Positions 37,420 through 49,465 of a DNA stretch of 64,000 bases are shown here, piece by piece. The notes beneath the pieces are model-generated. The model saw only the letters and a list, made by a program, of their open reading frames with translations, was not told where the DNA came from and made no database searches. The DNA is taken from contig NC_058368.1 in NCBI RefSeq assembly GCF_018350175.1, positions 238,268,001-238,332,000 of the forward strand. The letters run 5' to 3'. The stretch is from Felis catus. Its lineage: Eukaryota. The position numbers and the translations under genes were made by a program. The stretch's first letter is position 1, and the number at the start of each line of letters is the position of its first letter.

Positions 37420-37580
37420 CCAACATGCCTTCTACATCTGTCGCTTTTGCAGCCCACGTGTTCACTGAAAGTAGATACTATCAACCCCATTTTACATCCG
37501 AGAAAATGGGAAATCAGAGAAATTAACTGACTTGCTCAGGGCCATGACCGGAGGAAGATACACCATGCCTCGACAAGTTC
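37420..37580 (-). mobile_element. MIR fragment
   Basis: Core motif ccccattttacatccgagaaaatgggaaatcagagaaattaactgacttgctcaggg. Confidence 0.8.
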
Positions 37581-37899
37581 GGGCGCGTGGGCGGGTGACA
37601 CGCTCAGGGCTTCCTGGCCCCCCCCCCCCCCCCCCGGGCGGCCCCCAGCCCCACCCAGAGCTCCGGGTGCGGCCCGCCGCCCGGGACCTGCACACGCTCG
37701 GAAGGCTGCGGGGCCGCAGGGCCCGGCGTCAGCAGGGGCGCAGCTGCGGGGCCGCTCCAGCGCCCTCCACGCGCGCCCCTGCGCCGCCGCATCCGTCTTC
37801 CCTCGCTCCGTTTTTTTTTTTTTTAAGAGAGAATGGAAAGGAATTTTGAAAACGAAAAAAGGGGGCGAAAGACGAAGGAGATGCAGGAGATAGAAGGCA

Positions 37900-38500
37900 C
37901 ACGTGGCGACAAAGAGACTATGACATAGTCAAATTTTATTAATGGCTCGCCCATATGCATTCGGAGGATAATTAACTATGCACAGGTGAAATTAGCTGAT
38001 AGGAGTGGCTGTCTTGAGCAAATCGAATGAGCTCCGATTATATCAATAGTTTTCAACCAGTGTCCCTGGTTATCAAACCATCAAATAAATTTGTCCACTC
38101 TCTTCCTTTGGGGGGAAAAACTTTAATTATCCAGCCCTGGCGTATGGCAGGTCATTAATAAAACCTGTTATCAGGCTGCAGGTTCCCGAGTTTTACTGTT
38201 ACCCATCTTTTATCTAAATAAACATTTGGGAAATGTCCTTAAAATTATTATAGATACTTTGCCCCTGCCCCACAATAGGAATTTCTAAATGGAAGCCGGC
38301 TGCATTTGACTGCACAACGCATGGGTCCCACCTGCCCACGGCCCCCGGGACCGGGACCCAGAGCCGGGCTGCACCCGTATTGATGGATCTGGCGACCCTG
38401 CGAATGCAGATAAGGGAACCGCTTCTCCTTAATGTATATTTACGCAGCCTTTATGTTATGCATGCGTTCTGTATTTTCATGCCACATATATCAATGACAA
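37900..38500. promoter_or_regulatory. AT-rich island, candidate conserved developmental enhancer
   Basis: Unique AT-rich sequence with multiple TAATTA/TTTTATT cores, aataaaca, and TGATGGAT at 38381; lies next to a CpG-dense tract at 37590-37810. Confidence 0.55.
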
Positions 38501-41280
38501 ACGGAAGAACCGACCGGCCCGTGTAACACGGAAGGGGTCTCCCGGTCCTGCCTCCAAAGGTGCACGTCTACACAGTGTTCTTTTATTTAAAAAAAAAAAA
38601 AATCCTTTAAAAAGTCTTTTTTTATTCATCTCCAATAAAGTGATGGTCGCTCTAGAGAGGCCGTTCCGACTCATCTATTCCCATCACTACGCACAGAGTG
38701 CGTCACAGCTGTGACAGGGCTCTGCCCTTGGGCCCGGGGCGTTCCAGAGGGGACTGACAGCCCAGACTAGGCCAGGAAGCAGGCACACCGCGCCCACGGC
38801 ACCCCCCGCCCTGGCCCGGCACTCAGTTCCTAGTTCATGTCCACGGCAGCCACGGGGTTCCGCCACGAGTGAGTGCGGGCACCCCGCTCCCTGTGCCACG
38901 CGCAAAGATTTTACAGCACCTGTGGCCTGTCCAGCACATTGGCTGGGGACCGAGCAGCACAGGCCACATGAATCAAATGGTAAGAAGAGCGTGGCCCCCA
39001 GCGGGGGTGGAGGTTTGGGGTGACCAACCGCTTGACAGACCAGAGCAGTGGGCTCCGTGCAGGCCCGGGAAGGACGGGCACCTGCAGTGGCCGTGGTGAC
39101 GCCTCCGCTTTTTCCGTCCGGCCCGGGGCTGCGTGCGGGGAACTCAGCTGTTGGGTTCCATCCCTCCCGCTGGCGCTCAGACTGTAAAGCGTCCAAATAA
39201 ATGTCCTAGAACCAAAAAGGTTCAGTCAGGACACGCGCGATAGGCAGAGTTTGCAGCGCATGCTTCAGAGTAATTTTCAGTTTTTCACCCCACCCTGGTA
39301 GGAAAGCTCCTCAAAAGTCCAAGCTGTCTCCCAGAGTTACTTCTTTCTTGCCGCTGGAAAGGCCCCTGTCGTGGAATGTTCGCCGGCCTCGAAGGGCGGG
39401 GTAGATGTGGTCTCAGGATCTGAAGCACCCGGACCTCTGTGGGCCGAGCTCTCCCCGGAGCCCCGGCCGCCCCGTCGTGGTCCCCTGAGCCTGGGCCTCG
39501 GCCGCCGCGGCGCCCTGTCCTGAGAGAGGCCCGCAGAGCCGGGAGGCGGCTGCATCCGGAACCCCAAGGTGGAGCCCGGGGCTGGCCCCACACGGGATGT
39601 GAGGAGAACGGAGGCAGGGCCCCGTATCCTGACGTAAACTGCTCTTCCATGGGAAGGGCTGGACCAGAGAAGTTCATTTTCCTCCCCTTGATCCTGACCT
39701 CAAACTCTGCCCAGCTCAACCCTGACTATACCTAATTACCCAGCAGAGACCCCCTGCTTCTCTGGGTTCTGGAGGCCGGGAGTCCCGGACCCAGGGGTCA
39801 GGATCCGATGCCGTTGCCGGCTACACAGCAGCCATACTTAAACGTTTTCCTGCAAAACCTCGGGCTCACATCCCCCAGACGGAGAGAGAGGCCTTTAGGG
39901 GGGTGGGGGCTCGGGTGGAGTCCGCGGATCATTTCAGACCCGTTTTGCTTGATTACAGCCTGATTTTCCTCCCCGAGGTTCTGGGGCTCCACCTCCAGCG
40001 TGACCCCCACCAGCCGCCTTCGCCCACCTCCCAGTGAGCAGACACTTCGCAGTAGGAACTGAACAGGAAAGCCCTGCTGAGGGTCCCCTGGGCATTCCCC
40101 CCTCCCCCTAGCCTTCCAGACCGTCTTGCTGCCCCTGGGCAGGTCTGGGTGGGGCAGGAGGAGTCAGGCCGGCAGGTGAGCGAAGCCCTGGGATCTGGGG
40201 GCGGAGCCAGGCAGAAGGTCAGCGGAGCCTGCACCCCGAGGTGCCCCGAGCCCCGAGAGGGGAGTGAGTGAGGCTGGGAAGCAGGGCGTGCACCTGCCGA
40301 GGGGCTCCAGGATGGGGGAGGGTCGGCGGGCCCCTCCCCGCCCCCCCCCCCCCGCAGGCGGTGTCAGGCGTGTGCAGAGTGAGGAGGAGGGGTCTCCAGC
40401 AGGATGAAATTTGGACCAGTCCTGACCCCCCCCTTTCGCCCCTTCCCCCGCCACCCCGGGAGACCCTCACCCAGACCCTCGCGCAGGGCCCATGAACTCC
40501 ACACCCAAACCACGAGGGTCACGAGGGTGCCTGCCTGCCTGCCTCGCCGGGAAATAGTCTGCTGTAGGTCCCATTTACTCAACCGGCTCGGGGTTGGTCT
40601 GAAGCCACTTGAGTCTGAAGCATCTGCAGCTCCCGGGTCTAGACCGGCACCATCAATATGGCAGCGGGAGCCCACGCGCCCTGGACCCTTTGAAACGCAA
40701 CTGGTCCGAACCCAGAGGTGCCGCTCCGACCTCAGGCAGGAAAGAACTGAAGTAAACTCTCTCAGCAGTGGGTGTCTAGTCAGTATGTGCCGAATACTTT
40801 GGATGCACTGGGTGATATAAAATGTATTATGCAATGACTTTGCCCGTTTCTTCTGGCTCAAGTTGCACACGTGGCTCACACCATGTTTCCCCTGGACTGC
40901 GGGGGGGCGTCTACACCCTGGGACACAGGACACCTCCCACTCAGCGAGCAGAGGAACCAGAGCCCAGTCGCCAGGGCGAAACCACCGTGGGGAACCTAGC
41001 CCAGGACTCGGTGGGCAAACCAGGAAAACTGCACACTTCCCAACATGGTACCCAAATGAGGGGGAGGGGGAAAGTGGGGTCGATAGAAACAGACACAGAG
41101 AGACTGAGAAGTTGCACAAAACTCATCGGGGGGTCGGCAAGGCTTTCTCGGGCTCCTTACTCCCTTCCCCTTAGTCTGTGTCCCTAGAGGAGGACGCCAG
41201 TGGGGGGGGGGGGGAGCACACAGGTTTATGCAAATTTATCTTCCCATAATTCCCTAGGAGGCCTGGGGGCAGCTGCAGGC

Positions 41281-41652
41281 CACAGGTGATCTCCCATCAC
41301 TGCACTCAGGACCGGGGACAGGGGAGGGCACAGGAGATCTCCATCACTGCACTCAGGACAGGGGACAGGGGACGGGGGGAGGGCACAGGAGATCTCCATC
41401 ACTGCACTCAGGACAGGGGACAGGGGAGGGCACAGGCGACCTCCCATCACTGCACTCAGGACCGGGGACAGGGGAGGGCACAGGTGATCTCCATCACTGC
41501 ACTCAGGACAGGGGACAGAGGGAGGGCACAGGCGACCTCCCATCACTGCACTCAGGACAGGGGACAGGGGAGGGCACAGGAGGTCTCCATCACTGCACTC
41601 AGGACCGGGGACAGAGAGAGGGCACAGGCGACCTCCCATCACTGTGCTCAGG
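41281..41652. repeat. VNTR minisatellite, about 48-bp unit, about 7.6 copies
   Basis: Units (cacaggNgaYctc(c)catcactgcactcaggacMggggacaggggaggg) start at 41281, 41329, 41384, 41431, 41479, 41527, 41575 and 41623. Confidence 0.97.
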
Positions 41653-41789
41653 TCTGGCACGTGATCTATCCCAGAAGCCCAGACTGTGTGAGCACTTCCG
41701 ACATCCCCAAACGGAAATAACCCTCTGGCCCGGCCCTGTGGATGTGGCTCCTTTTGGTTAGAGGCCACTCCTAGTATTCCGTCTCCCTC

Positions 41790-42245
41790 GTAACACTTCC
41801 TTTTTAATCAATTTGACAAAATTACGGCCGCTTGTGAATGCGGAGTCTACACATTTTGCTCCAGGCTCTACCTGCTGTAACCTGGGCACTTACATGTTTA
41901 CACTTAAGGTCTTGGCTATGTTCTGAGGCCAATCATTTTGTATTTTGCAATTATTTTGCTCTGCTCACTGTATGCTGTCTTTGGTGGTTATATAATTAAA
42001 GGGCAGAGATTTTTTTTTTCCCTTGGCTGCACAAGGTGAAAAATGTTAGCTATTTCCACACTTCAGAGAGCCAGCTGCTACAAGCATTAAAAATTACTTA
42101 AAACATAAAATTTATGGCATTGTGATCACAATGGATTGTGTCGTTGTAAATGAATTTCACTGTAAATTGCCATTTTAAATTAAAATATAGCTTATTAGGA
42201 ATGGCAGGAGAGTAATACAGAAGGAAGTAAGGTTTTATAGAATTG
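41790..42245. promoter_or_regulatory. AT-rich island, candidate conserved enhancer
   Basis: Unique AT-rich sequence with taatcaat, tgtttaca, taatta, cataaaatttatg and the palindrome cattgtgatcacaatg. Confidence 0.55.
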
Positions 42246-42394
42246 TCCCCAAAAGCCTGTCCCTCCAATAAGTGATGGCAAAGGATACGCCAGAAGCAGC
42301 TACTGCCTCTCAGCTGAGCCAGGTTTGCTGTTGGACGCTGGGGCTCACGGATTTCTCTTTCCCCTCCCCCAACTCCGCTCCCCTCCCAGCCCAG

Positions 42395-42480
42395 GATTTA
42401 TTGAGGGTCTACGATGTGCCTCGCTCTGAGGCAGGCAGTGGACCTACAAAAATGAGTAAGACACAACAAGGGGTCTAAAG
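42395..42480 (-). mobile_element. L2 3' terminus fragment
   Basis: atttattgagggtctacgatgtgcc...atgagtaagacac. Confidence 0.6.
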
Positions 42481-43434
42481 GAGGGCCGAACACCACATGG
42501 CAGACGGCGGGGGAGGGGTGGTGATGGCGGTGCATCTGGGGCTTTCTTTGAGCAACGGAGAAGGAGCTAGCACACTCGAGGATACACACACGAGACGGCA
42601 ACCTGATTGACCTACAGCAGCAGGTGTCTAAACCAACTGGAACTCAGAATCTTGGCAGTAGGAGGGGTTGGCACGAGGTCAAACACCGTTCTCTCAAGCA
42701 CTTACGGAAAATGGTTGCCTATCCCCTACTTGGACGCTTCCAGTCGTGGGGAACTTGCCACTTTGTAAAACATCCCCTTTCATTTGGGGACACATTCAAC
42801 TCTCCTCCCAGCTAAAGAGCCTGAACATCAAGTCCCAATTTGCATCCTTCCCCCTGGACATCTCTGGATGAGTTCCAAGCAAAGCTCCAGAATGGACGAG
42901 GCACGTCCCACAGGGTCAGGGCAGCCAGAAGGCGTGGGCACAGGGGCAGGGGACCCAGCAGGACCGGCTCCTGCGCCAGTGATGGGGTGAGGCCGACCCG
43001 ACGGAGGGCCTTCACGAAAGGGGCTTCGTTAGAAAGGCCCTGCAGCCTTCCTGGAGGTCTACGAGCAGTGGACGGAACAAGTGCCGGAAGCATCCGGTAA
43101 CATTCATCCACTCTCGTCTTGGGTGGAGGCCTCAGAAGCCATCCAATCCACCGTGGCAGGCTAACAGCTCTGACCCGACTCCTGCCGAGAGACCGCATGA
43201 ATGCTCACACCCCCAGTGACGTCCCACCAGAATCTGAGCAAGGCTTGCCAGCCACGTGGAGCTCTCTTCGTCCGAAACAGCCCCAGCATCGTGTCCTCCC
43301 TTGATGGAGTCTCCTGTTCCTTCCATACCCTCTCACACCCTGGTCCGGGTGCCTCATCATACATCAGTACAGAAACTTAGATGTGAGTAATCGAGGGGGA
43401 AATGCTCATTAACTTATCCCCACGTTCCCCGGAC

Positions 43435-43765
43435 ATCTAGTTAGTAACCAATCAATGTCAGACGTCGTGTGAGGCATCCAGGGTGCAGAGAAAAGCACGT
43501 GGTTCTTGTCCAAAGGAAGCCTCGACTGGCTGAGCTGAACGGACAGACGAGCAAAGGTACGCACATAGATAGGAGCATAGAAGCCGCGACCCAGGTCTGC
43601 ACGGGGGCAGTGGGTCCACAGTGTAGACACCATTCCAGCCTAAGGGGAGATGCTCCAAAAGCCGTGATAGGCAAATGGACCCTGAGAAGTAGTCTTGAAA
43701 GATGTGTAGGGCTTGACCGAGAAGACAGGAGCAGGAAAATCTCTAGAGGTAGAGGGAGAGGTGGG
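43435..43765 (-). mobile_element. L2 fragment
   Basis: Decayed L2 reverse-complement motifs (tgtcagacgtcgtgtgaggc, gtcttgaaagatgtgtagg). Confidence 0.45.
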
Positions 43766-44249
43766 ACTTCTGTCCTGAGAGAGAGGTTAGAAATACAGGA
43801 GACAAGGAGGAGTATGTGTGAGGAAAGGAGATGCCAGCCTTAAACACATTTTGCAATTCTTTCTCTGAACTCAGAAGAAAGGGTGCAAACAGATGGAAAA
43901 CAATTTGGGTACATTTAGCACATCTGGGGGATTAAGGGAGTCCCATTTTGATACCCTTAATTTTCCCTGTTTCTCTAAGACACAGAAGTACTGAGGTAGA
44001 GGGTTCGGGAAGAACACTCACAATATCTAGCACATTCTTGAAATACTCCTCTCTTTTCATTCTTTACCCACAGATGATGCAAGTGAGATACATCAAGGAG
44101 TTCAGAGTGTAAGGTCTCTGGGGTGCACCGTATGAGGGAAGAAGGAAAAAGAGATACCAAGCAACACTGGGGGACTGAACGATGGAACAGCAACGGTGAA
44201 TGTGGAGACTGAGAAAACCACCTCCAGGAAGGCAACTCGGGCTTTCACC

Positions 44250-44990
44250 TCTTTACTCACATTTGTCTGAAAACATTTCTTACCCTTAAGATGAAACTTG
44301 AAAACTTCTTGAAAAGTTGTTTTTCTGGGTATACAAGAAAAGGCGACAATTATTTAGTGTCAGCACTTTGAAGATGTAGTTCCATTGTCTCCTGGCTTCC
44401 ATATTTACGGTGGAGAAGTCAGGTGTCGAGCGACAGTCAGGTGTCGGCCTCGCTCTTTGGTTTATAGCAGGTCAATTATGATAGGTCAATAGATCTTGAA
44501 AGTATGTGTCGTTGAAGATCTACTTGTCTTCAAATGTCACTGGATTACATTTACCTGCAGGGTTCTTTTTAGATACTTTGCTTTGAATTTGTGCTTCCTG
44601 TGCTAAGGATTCATGATTTTCACCAAGTTTAGGTAATTCTCCTCTATTAACCCTCTGCATACTGACTCTCCCTCATCCTGTCGGTGATCAATGATCTACT
44701 TTGTGAACTCCAACTAGGTAACATATTAGGCCTTCTTACCCCAGCTTCAACATCTACCAAACTCTATTCCACATCTTTTTATTTATTTGACTCTGTTGGA
44801 GTCTAGGTAATTTTTTCAGATTCGTCTTCTACTATTTCTTTATCTGTGTCTTCTCTGCTACTTAAGTCACCTATCAAGGTTTTATATCTACTGTTACATT
44901 TCAACGTTTATAGAAGTATATATGGCTGTTTTGTTTCCAGTACACTTGTTGCTTTCTGTTTTTGTCCATAAAAATAAGCTTCACGCTATG
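44250..44990 (-). mobile_element. Ancient L1ME/HAL1-like ORF1 region, antisense
   Basis: cagcactttgaagatgtagttccattgtctcctggcttcca...gagaagtcag motif typical of antisense L1 ORF1. Confidence 0.7.
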
Positions 44991-45330
44991 TTTTCTCTTA
45001 TAGCAGCTTTACTGAAAAATAACTGACCTATGATAAACTGTATGTATTTAAGTGTATGATTTGCACGGTTTGACGGAAGAATGGGACCATGAAACCATTA
45101 TCACCATCAAGATGATGACATATCCTCGGTTTGTGTGTGCCTTCACTTACTGATGGACATTTGGTGTGTTTCCAGTTTGGTCTACACAGATAAAGTTGTT
45201 CAGAATACTTACGTACAAGTTTTTGTATGGACTTATGCTCTCGTTTCTCTGGGATAAATACCTAGAAATGAAATGATTGGATAAGGTGGTGGGTATATGT
45301 TTAACTTCTTAATAAACTTCCACGGTCTTC
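44990..45330 (-). mobile_element. L1MB-like 3' end, antisense, internally deleted
   Basis: agctttactgaaaaataactgac...ccatgaaacca...tgatggacatttgg...tttctctgggataaatacctag. Confidence 0.8.
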
Positions 45331-45332
45331 TG

Positions 45333-45690
45333 GAATGGCTTCCTTGGTGACTTCCATCAAGTCTTTAAGAAAGAAATTACGCTATTTCTACACAAATTCT
45401 TTCAGAAAATTGAAGAGGAGAGAATTTTTCCCCAGCTCATCTCAGAGGCTTGTCATTACCCTGATCCTAAAACCACACAAAGCTTTACGAGAAAACTACC
45501 GAAAAAGGTTTCTCATGAACCTGGATGTAAAACTTCTAAACAAAATTTTAGCAAGTTAACCTCAGCAATGTATAAAAGAGATAAAATGTCATGATGACCA
45601 AGTTCACATCAGTATCACAAGCTCGGTCTCCCATTAGAAATGGACCTAAGTCACCATATTAACAACAAAGAGAAACCACAGAAGTTCAAC
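45333..45690 (+). mobile_element. L1 ORF2 reverse-transcriptase fragment
   Basis: Translates as ITLILKPHKALRENYRKRFLMNLDVKLLNKILAS, matching the L1 RT motif ITLIPKP..KENYRPISLMNIDAKILNKILA. Confidence 0.9.
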
Positions 45691-45734
45691 ATATCAATTT
45701 TTAGGGACCCAGTTCAATCCATAGTAGGATATCA

Positions 45735-46365
45735 CTAGTTGAGAATTTTATTTTCTTGGGTGCCAAATATTTTTGTCTTTCTATAGATATTCTTGAGCGG
45801 TGTTCAAGACGAAGTTAAGTTGACACAGACTGATCCTTTTGGGTTCCGTGTTTAGGAAGAATGAGGCAGGACCTGTGCCGTGCGCCGAGGGTCCGTTATT
45901 CCCGGCTACCAAGGAAACACTCCTCCCTGCACTCTGCTTGATGCCCCATGAACCAGGAGTTTCCTCTCTCCCCGGTGGGAACGGGCAGTCTCCCTGGCCC
46001 TGCAGCATGTCGGACACTTTACATCTGATCCCCTCGGAAGTTCTTCCTCTGGCCTCACGCGGTCTCCTCACACCCACGAGCTGATCCGCGCTCTGCTGGA
46101 CACCAGTGCCGACTGGAGACGACCTGCAGGCTCGGTGCTTGCGCCCGCGTGGGCGCTCAGCTCCGTGCCTCCCGCCAGCCGCCCGTGGAGCCCCCTCCCC
46201 GCATCTCGGCTCGGAAGCCGTCTCAGGGTGGTAAGCTGGAGGGGTCTGTCTTCCCTCCCTGACGTCCAGTGCCCTGTACACCATTGCTCTGCGTACACGG
46301 TCGGGTTTTGTTGTTTCCATCTTAACCTCCTTCTTGTTACTCTGTGTTGGCCAGAATCAGTAGTC
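45735..46365 (-). mobile_element. L1MC/L1MD-like 5' end, antisense
   Basis: aaatatttttgtctttctatagatattcttgagc...ggtgggaacgggca...ttgttactctgtgttggccagaa. Confidence 0.75.
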
Positions 46366-46437
46366 TCTGTTTAGTGATTTTAAACATCGTTTTTGTGGTG
46401 ACTTTTTGTTTTTCACATCTGCAAATCATCTTTTATT

Positions 46438-46475
46438 TACAACACTTGATGTTAGCCAAAAGGCCGATTAGCGAT
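46438..46475 (-). pseudogene. U2 snRNA 5' fragment retropseudogene (nt 1 to about 38), tailless, with TSD
   Basis: Minus strand atcgctaatcggccttttggctaacatcaagtgttgta versus U2 ATCGCTTCTCGGCCTTTTGGCTAAGATCAAGTGTAGTA (4 mismatches); flanked by catcttttatttac / tgtcttttatttac. Confidence 0.92.
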
Positions 46476-46559
46476 TGTCTTTTATTTACGTAAACATGTC
46501 ACACCCATGCGTTCTCTCTGATAATTCAGTATCTGTACCCTGCTTCTCTAATTCTGCTT

Positions 46560-47150
46560 CTCCATGCTGGCGATGCCTCTGCCATGTGCTTCCTTTCTAT
46601 CGTGAGCTCATGACAGAATTTTCCTGGGAGGCATGAGCTGAAGGTGCATTCCTCGGGAGTATTTTCCTTTGTTTGTACCAGGCTCCTGGGGGTGCTAACA
46701 GCCCACGACCACTTTAAGTTCCAAGCTTGCAATTTTTAAAACACACATGTATAAGAATTCAAGTCACAAACTTGCATGAGTATTAGCATCTGGTTTAAAA
46801 TTCCAACGGTGTCCTGGGACGCCTGGGTGGCTCAGTCGGTTGAGTGTCCGACTTCGGCTCAGGTCATCATCTCACACTCTGTGGGTTCAAGCCCCACGTC
46901 GGGCTCTGTGCTAACAGCTCAGAGCCTGGAGCCTGTTTCAGATCCTGTGTCTCCCTCCCTCTCTGCCCCTCCCCCACCTGTGCTCTGTCGCTCTCTCAAA
47001 AATAAACAGTTAAAAATAAATAAATAAATAAAATTCCAAGGGTGTCTTGCTTCCCCAACATCAAGGTCAAGTCTGCAAATTGCCTCGTGGGACAACTTTT
47101 TCATCGGGTTCTCCCTCTTACTGGGGTGTAACCTTCCAGGCTCTCACTCC
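46560..47150 (-). mobile_element. HAL1/L1ME-like 5' region remnant (SINE inserted)
   Basis: tgaaggtgcattcctc...ccaggctcctgggggtgcta...gaccactttaa motif. Confidence 0.5.
46814..47028 (+). mobile_element. CAN-SINE with TSD
   Basis: Head gggacgcctgggtggctcagtcgg; TSD taaaattccaacggtgtc / taaaattccaagggtgtc. Confidence 0.97.
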
Positions 47151-49039
47151 TGGCCTCTCACGCCACACGGCCATCAAAACGGAAGTTCCAGAGCATGTAA
47201 GACACACGGATGCCTCAGGGTGGCCGCTAAATCAGACCAGCTTACCTCTCCGAGGATCGATTCATCCTGCGTTTGGCTGCTGAGGATTTTCCTTCTTTTC
47301 TCACCAGTCTTATAAGTTGGCTGTTTGCAGATTAGTCGGCTGAAAGTAGGAAAGTGTATCAATTTATGTCGTCTTTCAAACTGTCGCAAGTAGAACGTCT
47401 ACTCCTTGGTCTTCCCAGGTGACCCAGAACAGCCTGCCTGCCCTTGAACTCCGGTCTCTCTCCGTCTTACGCTCCTTCTTTAGGAGCAGCATGCCAGCGA
47501 GCACCAACACGTTTCAGTCAGTGGTCTTCATCAGAAAATTAACTACCGTGGCCACTCGGCCGCTGGATGCCACTGTTTGCAGCCGTGGCTACCGCACCCT
47601 TTAACCCCTCTGAACATCTCAACATTTGAAGCACATGGAGTTTCCCAGGAGCACGTCAAGACCTACTTGTTCAGTAGGGCGGTTCAGTGGAACAAGTGCA
47701 TGTTGTGACATTCGCGCACTCTCCCTCCAAAGGAAGCAAGAGGTTCATTTCCAGCTGTACGGGACTCGCTTGTGTAGAACCAGTCCTTCTTCAGGGTTTT
47801 CTGTTGCTAAGTCATTACTGTAGTTATTCTGTTAAAAGTCTTTTTGGAATTCTGCCTGGTATGTCTACTAGTAAATAGAATAAGTAGATAAAAGTGGCTA
47901 GAGGCACGCTGACACAACATTCCTTCTGACTCTGGGTGTGAGATCCGGTGCCAGTTTTCACGGTTATCTTTGGAAATCTTCTGTCTTCCCTGCAGAGCAA
48001 CGAGAAGGACCTCTGTTCCCGGTTTATCTGGCAGTGACATGGACGTGGCCAGTGTGGCCGTCGTGCGCCTCAGCGGAGGAGCCACGTTGGCGGAATGAAG
48101 AAAGGACGGCAGACGAACTGCTCCGCAAAGGTGCTGGATGACCGGGGGTCGCCTCCCCGGGACAGGGGACATCCACCCTACTGCACTTGCCTGGGCTCTC
48201 ACAGCCTCCCCGAGGGGCCAGAAGGTCCTCCGGTTGGGGCCTCCAGAGTGAACCCCGGGGGACACCGGGGCTGCCGTCACCACTGTGGCACACGAGCAAG
48301 ACGAGTTCTGGGCTGACTCCTGTGTTACTCGCCTGACGCTCCTAGGGGCATTGTCAGTAGGTGGGAGTCTTGAGCTGTCCCTGAGCTGTCCCTGAGAGTG
48401 AGGACTGGAAGGGGGAGGCTCTTCCCTCTCCCTCGTCTGGGGGCCCCTCACGCCCGCCGCAGAGGACAAAGGGCTTTGACCGGCAGGTCCTCACCAGGCT
48501 TTTGGCAGAGGAGACCGTGAGCCGGGTGCGCGGCCGCCCCCGCCGCCCCGCTGTCCTCTGCCGACCCTCCAGTGCCCCGGCCCCCCGCCTGCCCGGATGC
48601 GGCCGCCCCTGCGTGGGGCTCAGAGAGGCAGGGCCGGGCCTGACGAGCACGGACGGACGCGACTCCACCTGACTCGGCCCTCCCTCCCTCCCTCCAGATA
48701 CGCATCGGCCTGTGCAGAGAAGCTGCCGAGTGCGTAACGGCCCTCCGAGGAGGACGGGGAGCCGCGGTTATGTTAGAACAACAAACAACAGGAGACGAAC
48801 CTACCAAGTGCCACGAGCCTTTTGCTGACCTTGGATTTCATGCCTGAAGGACTCAGCCGAAACCACACACCCAGCTCGTCCGCCAGCACCGTGTGTCGTC
48901 CGCCAGCCGGCGAGGACCTGGGCAGAACCCAGCCGGGCCTTCACGGCTCACTTCCCCGCTGGCAGAAAGTTCTGGTTGCCCTTTGGCGATGAGAGACACC
49001 AGGTCAGCCTGGCCCTTTAGATCCCTGCCCAACTCCACA

Positions 49040-49465
49040 CTCTGGCACACCGCACACGCACACAGCACGCCTCGCACACACAAGCCACGCAGACTGCACG
49101 GACACACAGCGTGCACATAACACACAACAGGTGGACGCATGACACACGCAACCCATATGTGTAACACATGCGGAATATGCACACGCGCTATCCACACGGA
49201 GATGTGATGAGACACACGACTGACACGCGCGCCACCCAGAAAGACATGACACGCACAGTTACCCTGAAACGCCCCACACACGCGCAGGCACATACACATG
49301 CACACACACACGCACACACACGCACACACGCGCACGCACATGCACGCACATACACACACGTGCACGCGCACGCGCGCACATGCACACACGTGCACGCACA
49401 TACATGCATATACACCCACACGCACACACGCACATGCACATGCGCACGTGCATTCACACGCAACC
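49040..49465. repeat. Long degenerate (CA/CG/TG) microsatellite
   Basis: About 400 bp CA-rich tract, nearly pure purine-pyrimidine alternation at about 49275-49460. Confidence 0.9.

Noticed and set aside
41281..41652. Regular repeat array superficially like CRISPR or a repeat-protein gene
   Set aside because: Units are contiguous with no unique spacers, unit lengths shift the reading frame, and the context is mammalian; it is a VNTR.
44417..44446. Small direct duplications (agtcaggtgtcg twice; similar cases near 48370 and 62757)
   Set aside because: Ordinary slippage-type micro-duplications with no further structure.
47980..48135. Good splice acceptor (ttctgtcttccctgcag) suggesting an exon
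   Set aside because: No convincing donor and no recognisable peptide in any frame.
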